64,000 nucleotides of DNA, from contig CAVTFE010000088.1 of NCBI GenBank assembly GCA_963733745.1, positions 79,266 through 143,265 on the forward strand. Direction: 5' to 3'. The translations under genes were made by a program, and so were the position numbers. Position 1 is the stretch's first letter; the number at the start of each line of letters is the position of its first letter. Source of the DNA: an uncultured bacterium (GTDB lineage Bacteria; Chloroflexota; Ktedonobacteria; Ktedonobacterales; JADMIN01). Under the pieces are notes generated by a model, which was not told where the DNA came from, ran no database searches, and was given only the letters and a program-made list of their open reading frames with translations. This document shows, in pieces, positions 1 to 8,759 of this stretch.

Positions 1-87
1 CATCCGCGCTCGCGTGTCATCCGCCTGCGCGCCATCCTCGACTGGTTCCAGCGCTACCTGCCCACCAACGCGCAAGCCGCGGAGTAA
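1..87 (+). CDS. 3' end of an upstream gene (partial, last 28 codons ...IRLRAILDWFQRYLPTNAQAAE*)
   Basis: Frame 1 is open from the window edge to TAA at 85-87. Too short to assign a family. Confidence 0.3.
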   Translation, partial: HPRSRVIRLRAILDWFQRYLPTNAQAAE

Positions 88-98
88 TAGCATTTCGC

Positions 99-1250
99 TC
101 AGCACGTGGCGTTGAACGGGACGTCGAGAGTGGTCTTGCCCACTGTGATGGTGATTGTCCCGGTGGTAGAGCGCGCAGCGGTCAGATGCGCCTGGAGCGT
201 GGCGCTCTGCCCGGCGGGGATGGTTCCTTGCGCCGGGGTGATGGCGACCGTCGTTGGAACCTTCGCCTGCCAGGTGACAGGCGCGGCGCTCTGGTTCTTC
301 AACGTCAGCGCCGCCGTTTTCCTCGTGGAGCAGAGCAGAATGAGCGAGGTTGGGTTGGCGACCACCGCCGGAGGAGGCGTCGCGGTCGGCGTCTTCTTCG
401 CTCCGGCGAGAATCGGAGAGCGCACAACCAGGAACGCGACCAGCGCGCCGACGAGTAAGGCTCCCGCCACGCCCAGCACCCAGCGGTTACGCAGCAGCGC
501 TGGAGCTTTCGGGATATCGAATTGTATCCACAGCCCACCAGACTTGTTGGCGCGTACTGACTCGCCAGCGCCGCCCACTGGGGCGTAGTCACGTAGCAGT
601 CCTCGCGACTGGTTCTCTGATGGACTAGACAACTCGTCGCTTGCTGGGGATGAGGCGAAGGCCGCGAACCCCTCTTTAGCGGCGTCGTCCATCGCTGGTC
701 TTGCCCAATCTCCTGGCGAGATCGGCGCCATGAAGGGTCCCAGGGCGTCGAGCGTCTCGAGCAGGAGCGCGACACGGTCCAGTGGCGCACCGATTCGCGC
801 ATTGCTGAAGGCGCGCTCGAGCTGGCTCTTCCCGCTGCCGCCACTCATACGGAACCGTTGCGCCGTCACGCGCAGGGCGTGCATCACATCGTAGAGGATG
901 CGCGCCTCATCGCGGAACGCCGCCAGATCAGCCATGCTCCCGCGCAGCCACGCCGGGCCGCGCTCAGAGGCAAACTGCGAGAGGCGGGTAATCAGTTCGT
1001 CGACGGTGATGAGCGGGAAGATGTCGCCCAGCGCGGCCAGGTCCGCCTCGTCCGAGCGCCAGAGCTTCCCCGGCATCCCGCCCTGCTCGATGGCATCGCC
1101 CAGGCGGATGACTGCGCCCTGCAACTCTTCGAGATACCCCCCCGCTGACCGCATTACAGCGGGCGTATCGCGCAGCGCCGCATACTCGCCAGAGAGGCGC
1201 TCGTCCAGATCGGTCATGTCATCGTTCATCATCCCTGCCCTCGCGTCCAA
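99..1250 (-). CDS. hypothetical single-pass membrane protein with a beta-rich C-terminal domain
   Basis: 383-aa ORF. Central TM helix (WVLGVAGALLVGALVAFLVV), a Pro/Thr linker, then a Thr/Ala-rich C-terminal domain. No family recognised. Confidence 0.6.
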   Translation of the reverse strand: MDARAGMMNDDMTDLDERLSGEYAALRDTPAVMRSAGGYLEELQGAVIRLGDAIEQGGMPGKLWRSDEADLAALGDIFPLITVDELITRLSQFASERGPAWLRGSMADLAAFRDEARILYDVMHALRVTAQRFRMSGGSGKSQLERAFSNARIGAPLDRVALLLETLDALGPFMAPISPGDWARPAMDDAAKEGFAAFASSPASDELSSPSENQSRGLLRDYAPVGGAGESVRANKSGGLWIQFDIPKAPALLRNRWVLGVAGALLVGALVAFLVVRSPILAGAKKTPTATPPPAVVANPTSLILLCSTRKTAALTLKNQSAAPVTWQAKVPTTVAITPAQGTIPAGQSATLQAHLTAARSTTGTITITVGKTTLDVPFNATC

Positions 1251-1270
1251 CTACGCCCGTTGCACGGCAA

Positions 1271-2550
1271 CTAGGCGGGCGGTTGGACTACGACCAACCG
1301 GTTTCCACGGAGCGCTGGTGGCGCGCATCCAGAAGCGCCGCAAGTCCTGCCGACTTCGGACAGGCTCGTATGTCTTGGTCCCCCACCCGTAGAGGCGATG
1401 TTTACCGCCGCGTTGTGGTCGGCGTGCGCCTGCCAGCCACAGACCCCGCAGCAAAACGTTTGCTGCTCTCGGCGGTTGCTCCTGGCGACAAAATGGCAGC
1501 GCGGGCATTCCTGTGAAGATATAGGCGCTTGTGATCGCGGTCGCCTTGAGCGCGTTTGCGGCACCCCAGGCCAGTTGCTTGGGAATGTGTGCAGATTGAG
1601 GCGTACAAATACGCATTCATCCGCCGCGCCTTGAAGCGCATGGTGGCGACATTGAGCTGCTCAAAGGCGATCTGAGCGGTTAGGATGCTCCCTATAGAGC
1701 TCGTTTACTGCGCGGTTGATTTCCTGCCGCACCGTGCGCGCCAGCTTGTGGTTGCGCGTCGAGGGCAGGCACTCGACGCCCTTCTTCTTCAAGCACGCGC
1801 GCAACTTGGCCTTGCGTCGGCGTTTCTGCTGGTCGCGCTGATGGCGCTTGGCGAGCTTGCCCTGGAAAGAGCCGTAGCGCTTGCCCGTCGAGGTGGTGAG
1901 GAAGTGGGTGATCCCCGCATCCACCCTACCACCAGCGCTTCGGGCGGTGTCTGAAGCGGGACCTCCTCCTCATAACTCAAGGTGAGCCACCAGCCATCCG
2001 CCTTCCGAGTCAGTGTCACGCTGCCGTCAATGCGCTTGCCCGCCAGACAGCGCGCGTGATATGCCGCCAAGGTGATGGGAAGAAAGATCGTCTGGCGCGG
2101 TTCCAAGGTGGAGATCCGCAGCCAATAGGCAAACGAGGTCTCCTGACCCGGCTGCAAGAGGGCGACATTGACGTTTGCCTGGATGACCGTCTTGCGCAAG
2201 GTTGGTATCTGCCAGTGCTTCCACGCGGGTTGCTCCACATCCGCGGGATGCTCTTCTTCGTGCCACAGCGCCACGGTTTCGGCAAATGCCTCCTGTGCGC
2301 GCTGGTGATTCGTCCGCCAGGATTTGGCGATGCCTGCCGCCTGCTGGATGGCGACCCGGTGCCAGCGCTGCGAGAGCGGGCTAAGGAAGCAGGGATCAGC
2401 ATAGCCATTTGGGTCGGCCTCGGCGCAGAAGTAGGTGACGTACTGCTTACACAGCGCCATATACTCAGTCGCCAGCGCATCGAGAGCCATCACCTTGGCG
2501 TCGTTGACGGCACAGAGGCGGATGTGGGTTACGGCGCGGGTCAACTTCAT
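1271..2550 (-). pseudogene. tnpB: TnpB (IS200/IS605 OrfB-type RuvC nuclease), broken by at least 4 frameshifts
   Basis: Minus-strand fragments lie in different frames. They are the N-terminal OrfB-like part (2550-1925), VDAGITHF (RuvC-I Asp, from GTG 1924), AQIAFEQLNV (RuvC-II Glu, about 1660-1640), and the zinc finger CPRCHF..CCGVCGW plus HADHNAAVNI (RuvC-III Asp, 1564-1271). The first break looks like a lost G in the run at about 1922-1927. Confidence 0.8.
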
Positions 2551-2766
2551 CTGCTCGCCTCAGCTTGTCTCGTCTCCACCAACCGACAAGGCGCTATCTC
2601 TGGACGCTTCCTATCCACAACATGCTACTATCGCTACCATCTCTGCAAGGGATGACTAGCAGTGAATAAGGGATGGAGATAATTTGGGAGTCTGCTAATA
2701 ATACCGTGTCGCGCGCCGGGAAGGAAGTGGCGGGACCCTGTAGGCCTATCCGCAGCCGCTACTGGC

Positions 2767-3435
2767 TCAGGGTGTGACCGGCGTGGGATCATCTTCGACC
2801 ACCTCGATCTGCCACCATTCGTTGACCCACAATCCGGCGACGCGCACCGGCAGCCCCCAGGAGCGTATGACCTCGACGGCGGCGCGAATCTGCTCTTTGT
2901 GCTCATCGTCGGAGACCTTATTCGCCGCGCAGCCATAATGTCCCGCGACGACGACGGCGCCGCTCTTGTGCGCGTTGACCGAGACTTCGACGGCCTCGCG
3001 GACGTGATCCACCTTGCTGTGTGGACCGCTGCTCAGGAGCTTGTCAGGTCCGGGCGTCGTGATCGTATCCACAAAGCTGGCCTGGCAGTGAATCTTGATC
3101 CAGTCCGAGACCGGCCCCTGCGCGCGCCCATCGATACAGTTCACGACGGTCGCAAAGGTTCCAGAACCCATGTGCGCATCCTCCAGCGGCGGCGCGGCGC
3201 CGTTACGAATATCAGTCGTGGCTGCGCCATGAATGGCCGGCGTGAGAGGCGAATGCGTCAGCGGCGCTCCAGTTGGGCGCGCTTCCTCGCGTGGCGAGCG
3301 TATACGCCAGATGACCATGAAGGCGGTGACCAGCGCCAGCGCGAGTCCACCGCCCCAGGCTGCCGTGACCAGCGTATCCGGGCTTGTCAGGACGCTCCAG
3401 TCCATGCCACGTCCTTCTATGTTCGCCGCAGACAT
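2767..3435 (-). CDS. membrane-anchored protein with a beta-carbonic-anhydrase-like CxDxR / HxxC motif pair
   Basis: ATG at 3435 is preceded by GGGAG. N-terminal TM helix (GGGLALALVTAFMVIW). The C-terminal ~125 aa carry VNCIDGR, and 66 residues later VVAGHYGCAA, matching the beta-CA zinc-ligand pattern and spacing. Confidence 0.55.
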   Translation of the reverse strand: MSAANIEGRGMDWSVLTSPDTLVTAAWGGGLALALVTAFMVIWRIRSPREEARPTGAPLTHSPLTPAIHGAATTDIRNGAAPPLEDAHMGSGTFATVVNCIDGRAQGPVSDWIKIHCQASFVDTITTPGPDKLLSSGPHSKVDHVREAVEVSVNAHKSGAVVVAGHYGCAANKVSDDEHKEQIRAAVEVIRSWGLPVRVAGLWVNEWWQIEVVEDDPTPVTP

Positions 3436-3484
3436 ACCACTCCCGCCCACATGGTACCGCACGTGGTCAACTAGCGCCGAGGTA

Positions 3485-3510
3485 GGCTGCGATGCGACGA
3501 AGTGGCTGCG
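3485..3510. repeat. solitary copy of the GGCTGCGATG / GAAGTGGCTGCG motif
   Basis: ggctgcgatg-cgac-gaagtggctgcg. This is the same motif as the tandem array at 4042-4126 and lies on the other side of the low-GC gene 3553-4020. Confidence 0.7.
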
Positions 3511-3552
3511 GTTTCCTGCTCGGTGCGGGCGCGTTGCTCTTCGAGCAAGAGT

Positions 3553-4020
3553 CTATCCTGAACGTGTCTGCGCAATGGCCCGCTCTAATCCCTGAAGATC
3601 GTCGTCTATCCCGTGGACAAACTGTGTCCAACCAGCATGTAACGCCTCGAGGTTCTCATAGAGCGCGCTATTGATGTCACCTCGATTGATGTCACCTCGA
3701 TTGATGTCACCTCGATTGATGTCACCTCGATTGATGTCACCTCGATTGATGTCACCTCGATTGATGTCACCTCGATTGATGTCACCTCGATTGATGCTAT
3801 CGCGATCTACCGCCTCATTAAGAGATCGCTCGATATTCTTGATCAGCGGCATCTTCGAAGCGAAGTACCTGATATAACCGCGCAATTGCGCATCGTTGAC
3901 ACCATCAATGTTATCTTGATAGTCAGGAGCTGCGGTCTGAGTGAGGGGCTGTCGCCGATGTGCGTTCTCGAGCATCCCAGACAACAACACGCGACTGCTT
4001 CGCTCGATCCGCGATTTCAT
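3553..4020 (-). CDS. hypothetical protein with 8 perfect DINRG pentapeptide repeats
   Basis: ORF in a lower-GC stretch (about 48-50%). The 15-bp tandem repeat is in frame (cga ggt gac atc aat = RGDIN). The start is uncertain: ATG 4020 was chosen, the ORF track extends to 4092 into the 14-bp repeat array, and no clear SD is present. Confidence 0.5.
   Translation of the reverse strand: MKSRIERSSRVLLSGMLENAHRRQPLTQTAAPDYQDNIDGVNDAQLRGYIRYFASKMPLIKNIERSLNEAVDRDSINRGDINRGDINRGDINRGDINRGDINRGDINRGDINRGDINSALYENLEALHAGWTQFVHGIDDDLQGLERAIAQTRSG
3671..3805. repeat. 15-bp tandem repeat ttgatgtcacctcga, 8 perfect copies plus 1 degenerate
   Basis: Units start at 3671, 3686, 3701, 3716, 3731, 3746, 3761 and 3776. 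A degenerate unit spans 3791-3805. Confidence 0.95.
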
Positions 4021-4041
4021 GACGCGCAGGACGTTTGTTAC

Positions 4042-4126
4042 GGCTGCGATGAAGTGGCTGCAGATCATGTGCGATGAAGTGGCTGCGATCAAGTGGCTGC
4101 GATGAAGTGGCTGCGATGAAGTGGCT
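4042..4126. repeat. 14-bp tandem repeat ggctgcgatgaagt, about 5.5 units, non-coding periodicity
   Basis: Units at 4042-4055, 4056-4080 (with an 11-nt insertion), 4081-4094, 4095-4108, 4109-4122, and a partial unit 4123-4126 touching the permease stop codon (4126-4128). Confidence 0.9.
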
Positions 4127-7100
4127 CAGTCCTCGCCGAGTCGAAGTGTCCGCCCAAGGCCGACCGTCGCCGCCACACGCGCCGCCAGCACCAGCGAAAG
4201 AAGGAACGCGACTGCGAGCGCGCCGTAGAAGAGCGCCGCGCCAGGTGTGTTGAAGACAAAGAGGTAGGCGGGGATGTTTGCCTGGTCAGGATCGGCAATC
4301 GAACTGCTGAACTGGAGGTAGGGCAGCGTCGCGGAGGAAAGCGCCAGGCCGAGCGCCGTGCCGCCGAGCAGGCCGAAGCAGTAGACAATTGTCTGCTCGC
4401 TCAAGAGCATGCGCACGAGCTGCCCACCGCTCATGCCGAGCGTGCGCAGGATGGCGAATTGCTGCGTGCGCTGCCGCGCCGTCAGCGCCGATTGCGCGAT
4501 GGCGCCGAGAATGGCCAGCGCCGCCGCCGTCAGCGCGCCAATCAGCAGCAGTCCCGTCATGCCCGCCGTCAGCGGATCCTGCTGGTACTGGGTCTGCAGC
4601 GCGCGCCGCGCGGTAACGGAGGTGACCGCGAGCGCCGCATCGCTAAGCGCCTTCGTTCGCGCCGCCGCCGCGCCTGTGTCCGCCGTCGTGCGCAACCAGT
4701 ACTCGTTGGGTTGCTGGCCAGAGCCGCCGCCAATGGCGGGGGTGACAATAGCGGTAAAATAGTCGCTGATGGGGGCGATCATGTAGCCGTCGGGGAAGGT
4801 GCCGTACATGGTCGGAAACTGCGCGACCACGGCGCCGACGACAAAACTGATCGGTCCAGGGGACTCAGTCGGGCTGCGCTGAAAGCGGTCGCCTGGGCGC
4901 AGATGATAGGTATCCGCAAAGGTGGGATCGACGAGCGTCCAGATCGGATGATCGGTATCGCCGGCGTTTTTCCCCTGGGCGTGCGCCACCATCTCCCGCA
5001 TCAGCGTGTCCAGCGACTGCGCGGCGTAGTCGTCGCGCCAGCTCGACACACCGGCGAACGTCGCGGGATCGACGGCCAGCGTCCCAACGATGGCGCCTGG
5101 ATCATCGGCTGAGCTGGCCTGGCTGCGGAATACCGGCGTCACCTTCTGAACGCCCGGCATGGCGGCGAGGCGCTGATTCATCTTCGCCAGTGGTTGCGCG
5201 CCACTTCCAACCGCGACGAGTTCATCCGCTCCGGCGAGATATGCGGCGCGATCGGCGACGTTGCGCCCAAGCGACGCTTGATAGTTCAAGGCGAAGAGGC
5301 CCACACCGACCGAAAGCGTCAGCAGCAGCGTCAGCCGCCCAAACGCGCCGGATACGCGCGATACCTGCGAGAAGGCCAGCATGCCCGTCGCGCCGCGTCC
5401 CCACGCCGCCAGCCGCGCGCCGATCGCCGCGCCCAGCGGGAAGACCCGCAGCGTCAACAGCGCGCCGGCCAGCAGGAGCAGCGCCGGAGCCGCCAGCAAG
5501 AGCGGGTCTGGCCCGGTCTGGGCGTCCGTGGTACCAAGCTGCTCGCGGATATTTAGTCCGCCGAACTGCCCCAGTTCCAGATAGCCCAGCGCGCACAACA
5601 CCGCCAGCGCCACGTCCAGGTAGTAGCGTCGCCAGAAAGGAACCTGTCCGCCACGACCCTGCTCGCGCCGGAACGCTAGCACATCCAGCCGCGCGGACCG
5701 TAGCGCCGCGATGACCAGCGCGAGGACGCTCAGCAATGCCCCGAGCAACGCAGGCAGCCAGACGGATTGTGAGGCCACCGCGCGGGCAAGATACTGGCTG
5801 TTGACCAGCTTGGCCGTCGAGGGAATGAAGGCCGTTACCAGCGTCTGGCTCAGCGCTGCGGCGAGTATCGGCCCAAGCAGCGCCGCCAGCGCCGCCAGCA
5901 GGACGCCTTGTAGGGTATAGCTCATGAGCAATTGGGTCCCGCTGGCGCCGCGACTCTTCAATGTCGCGATCTCGGCGCTCTGTCCCTCGATCAGCAAGCC
6001 CGCCATCGCCACGACGAAAAGCAGCGCCAGGCCGACGACCTGCGCCACGATCACGTAGAGCGGCAGGCTCAGAAGCGAGAATTGGCGCTGCAGGTCGCCA
6101 AGGATCGCATCCAGCTTGGTCCCAAGGCTGACGGTGAAGACGCCACCGCTGCCGGGCAAATCGCCGTTGAGATGCGAGCGAAACGCCTTGATCTGTGCGA
6201 TGGTCGTGTCGATGGTGGAGGCGGTGACCCGGTGCGGATCGGTGAAATAGAGGTAGTGGAGCGCCATACCGAGCGGGCGCTCGTTTTGGGCCTGGGGCGT
6301 GAAGGTCAGTTGGGAGACGAATGTCGATCTGGCGAAGACGATGGGATAGACCGGGGGCGGAGGATTCACAGCGTCCGCGATGATGGTATCGAAGGAGCGG
6401 CCATTCCAGAACGGGTCGGCCTCATCCTTGGGATACCAGACGCCGACCACTTTGACGACGGTAGCCTGGTCGTGGCCGCCAAACATCGCCAACTTGATCG
6501 TGTCGCCGACATGCACGTTAGGCAGCTTGGTCGTGACGAGCGCCTCCGGCGGCTGACCGGCGGGCGTCTCCTGGGGAAGTCGGCCCGCGAAGAGCTTCAT
6601 GTGCGGGCCAGCCTGCGCCAGATCGTAGCCAAAGATCGTCGCCTGTGCGCCTGGGAGCAGCAGGGGATGCGCGGGATCGGAGGTCGTCTTGCCGTTGATC
6701 TCCGGTATGAGCATCCCCGAGGTCCCGGTGACATAGCTGGTGGAGGTGGGCGCGAAGCCGCTGTAGTAGGTCTGCGCCAGGCCGTCCATGCGCTGGTCAA
6801 TCGCGCTGGCGTTGTCCTTGGAGACCGCGAACGAGGTGACGAGCGCCTCGGTGTTGATGTCAATTGAGGACTGCGCGGCGAGGGTATGTTGCAGTTGGAC
6901 TTCGGAGGAGAGCGCGGTGTAGACCGGCGCGGTGCAGATGAGCGTGACGGCGGCGAGCATGCCCAGGCTCACTGCGATGAGCAGCGGCCAAGTCCGGCGC
7001 ACGCCGATCGCGGCCATGCGCAATGACGCGCGCGACCTGCCGCGAGCCACGGCCCAGTCGGGCGGCTCGAAAAGATCCTCGGTAGCCACCGAGGCGCGCG

Positions 7101-7134
7101 CCTCCGCGTCATCCAGCGTCGTCCTGCGCGCCAT
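4126..7134 (-). CDS. ABC transporter permease, FtsX/MacB-like with duplicated FtsX domains
   Basis: 1002-aa ORF with two blocks of multi-TM segments separated by large extracytoplasmic domains, as is typical for this family. GGAGGG lies upstream of the ATG at 7134. Confidence 0.85.
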   Translation of the reverse strand: MARRTTLDDAEARASVATEDLFEPPDWAVARGRSRASLRMAAIGVRRTWPLLIAVSLGMLAAVTLICTAPVYTALSSEVQLQHTLAAQSSIDINTEALVTSFAVSKDNASAIDQRMDGLAQTYYSGFAPTSTSYVTGTSGMLIPEINGKTTSDPAHPLLLPGAQATIFGYDLAQAGPHMKLFAGRLPQETPAGQPPEALVTTKLPNVHVGDTIKLAMFGGHDQATVVKVVGVWYPKDEADPFWNGRSFDTIIADAVNPPPPVYPIVFARSTFVSQLTFTPQAQNERPLGMALHYLYFTDPHRVTASTIDTTIAQIKAFRSHLNGDLPGSGGVFTVSLGTKLDAILGDLQRQFSLLSLPLYVIVAQVVGLALLFVVAMAGLLIEGQSAEIATLKSRGASGTQLLMSYTLQGVLLAALAALLGPILAAALSQTLVTAFIPSTAKLVNSQYLARAVASQSVWLPALLGALLSVLALVIAALRSARLDVLAFRREQGRGGQVPFWRRYYLDVALAVLCALGYLELGQFGGLNIREQLGTTDAQTGPDPLLLAAPALLLLAGALLTLRVFPLGAAIGARLAAWGRGATGMLAFSQVSRVSGAFGRLTLLLTLSVGVGLFALNYQASLGRNVADRAAYLAGADELVAVGSGAQPLAKMNQRLAAMPGVQKVTPVFRSQASSADDPGAIVGTLAVDPATFAGVSSWRDDYAAQSLDTLMREMVAHAQGKNAGDTDHPIWTLVDPTFADTYHLRPGDRFQRSPTESPGPISFVVGAVVAQFPTMYGTFPDGYMIAPISDYFTAIVTPAIGGGSGQQPNEYWLRTTADTGAAAARTKALSDAALAVTSVTARRALQTQYQQDPLTAGMTGLLLIGALTAAALAILGAIAQSALTARQRTQQFAILRTLGMSGGQLVRMLLSEQTIVYCFGLLGGTALGLALSSATLPYLQFSSSIADPDQANIPAYLFVFNTPGAALFYGALAVAFLLSLVLAARVAATVGLGRTLRLGED

Positions 7135-7254
7135 GCGCTATCCCTCCACGTCAAAGCTCAACGACCGCGCTGTATCTCCGCGGCTCTCCCAGACCTTATT
7201 ACTCTACGACGCGCGCGACGCCAGCGCTTTACCATTGGGACATATCCGCGCGTT

Positions 7255-7282
7255 AGGATGACTTCAGGATGATGTCAGGATG
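7255..7282. promoter_or_regulatory. three AGGATG direct repeats with 11-bp phasing
   Basis: aggatg at 7255, 7266 and 7277, about 120-150 bp upstream of the permease start. Helical phasing resembles a winged-helix response-regulator site. Function is not demonstrated. Confidence 0.3.
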
Positions 7283-7375
7283 GCTCAAGACGGCCACGGC
7301 TATACAGCATAGCGCATCCTGGCCCAAGCGTCACGCGCTATCGCGAAGAGGGTTGAGGCAATGAACGACCGCGCG

Positions 7376-7409
7376 AAAACAGCGCCCCGCGCGTTTGCTG
7401 GAGGCGCTG
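7376..7409 (-). terminator. hairpin plus T-run downstream of the lipoprotein gene
   Basis: Minus strand reads cagcgcc-N16-ggcgctg followed by TTTTCG. It lies about 30 nt after the stop of 7441-8466. Confidence 0.4.
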
Positions 7410-7440
7410 TCTGGACGCTATCGCAAGGTCGGCGAGCCGC

Positions 7441-8466
7441 CTACGAATACGTCACGTTGAACGAGGCGTTGGGAGTCATCGCCGCGTGATCTTGATTGAA
7501 GATGGCCCAACGCTGGGTACTCCCGCCGATGTAGTACACGCCGATGTTGTGCTTGTTGTAGACGCCGGAGCCAGCGCCCGGATTCCAATTCTGCGTCACC
7601 TGGAGTTTGGCTTCGGGATGACCGTTGAGCGCGGCGATGTTGATAAATGTGACGTTGCCGCTGATGTTGCCCGCTGTGGCTGTCTGCACAAAGCCGTTGA
7701 CGCGCGCGATGTTGAAGGTGACGTTGGTCGGCATCGCGGCGATGTCTTCGTTGAAGACGTACCATGTATTGCCGCTGTGGAAGACGCCGATCGGATGATT
7801 GTTGTAGACCTTCGCGCCGGGCGAGTTCCAGTTGGGGGTCGCGATCATGATCGTGTTGGGATTGTCGCTGCCCGTCTCGCAGCCGATTCTGGTCGTATTG
7901 CCGGAGTTAGAGGCGGCGGTGGCGGTGTGGACACAGAGCGCGGCGTCGCCGACGGGGAAACCGTAATCGACGTTGAATGCCGCGCCGTTGGGGATGGCGG
8001 CGATGTCCTGGTTGAAGATGGCCCAGCGCTGCGTGCTGCCGGCGATATAGAAGACGCCGATGGGATGGTTGTTATAGACGCCAGCGCCATTGGGGTTCCA
8101 ATTCGGCGTGACGCGCAGGATCGCGGTGGGTTGGCAATAGAGTGCGGGGAGGGTGATGATGGTGTAGTCGCCCGCGCTGTTAGATGCGTTAGCGGTATGG
8201 ATGAAGCTCCCGAATGGCGTGTCGGAGCGCGGGCAGGGGATTGGCGTCGGTGATGGAGAACCTGGCGGCGTCGTGGCGGTCGGGATGACCGGCGGCGCGG
8301 TGGGCGTGCCGTTGGTGTCGGCGGTAACGCTCGCCGTCGCGGAGCCAGACGCGACAGGTGTATTCGTTCCTGATGAAGAGGATGGGCCGATAGCGCAGGC
8401 GGCGATGACGGTGGATAACGCCATGAGCGCGACAAGAATGCCAGCGCGCGAGGAGAAGGACCGCAT
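7441..8466 (-). CDS. secreted lipoprotein with three internal ~90-aa repeats (NWNPxGxxVYNNHPIGVF...FNQDxAAMP)
   Basis: Signal peptide plus lipobox (LSTVIAAC). The three repeats are visible by eye. No family recognised. Confidence 0.75.
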   Translation of the reverse strand: MRSFSSRAGILVALMALSTVIAACAIGPSSSSGTNTPVASGSATASVTADTNGTPTAPPVIPTATTPPGSPSPTPIPCPRSDTPFGSFIHTANASNSAGDYTIITLPALYCQPTAILRVTPNWNPNGAGVYNNHPIGVFYIAGSTQRWAIFNQDIAAIPNGAAFNVDYGFPVGDAALCVHTATAASNSGNTTRIGCETGSDNPNTIMIATPNWNSPGAKVYNNHPIGVFHSGNTWYVFNEDIAAMPTNVTFNIARVNGFVQTATAGNISGNVTFINIAALNGHPEAKLQVTQNWNPGAGSGVYNKHNIGVYYIGGSTQRWAIFNQDHAAMTPNASFNVTYS

Positions 8467-8759
8467 GGGCGTCTCTTTCTAACGAGGCGCGCCGACGAGA
8501 GGGAAGAATACAAAGGAGAATCAGGAGAATGGCCGCCGGCTGGCTCGATGCAGTTCAGGATAGCAGAGCATGGGCCAATTGAACAGTGATCTGGCTCACA
8601 TTTTTGCAATAGCGGGATCAAGCGATGTCATCCACAAGGATTCTCCGCGATACCTTGTCAGACGCCGTTGCCGCATCACCGCTCATGTGCCATGATGAGG
8701 GCGGAGAATCGTGAAGGGAGAGCGCATCATCGCGTCAGCGGCGCGGAGACCCCCGGCCT

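Noticed and set aside
3671-4126. CRISPR array
   Set aside because: The 15-bp and 14-bp repeats are directly tandem with no spacers and are far shorter than CRISPR repeats. No cas genes are present (IscB is not CRISPR-associated).
7135-7440. Missing ABC ATPase gene upstream of the FtsX permease
   Set aside because: No ORF with a Walker A/B or ABC signature motif exists in any frame of this interval or in the adjacent genes, so no ATPase was annotated.
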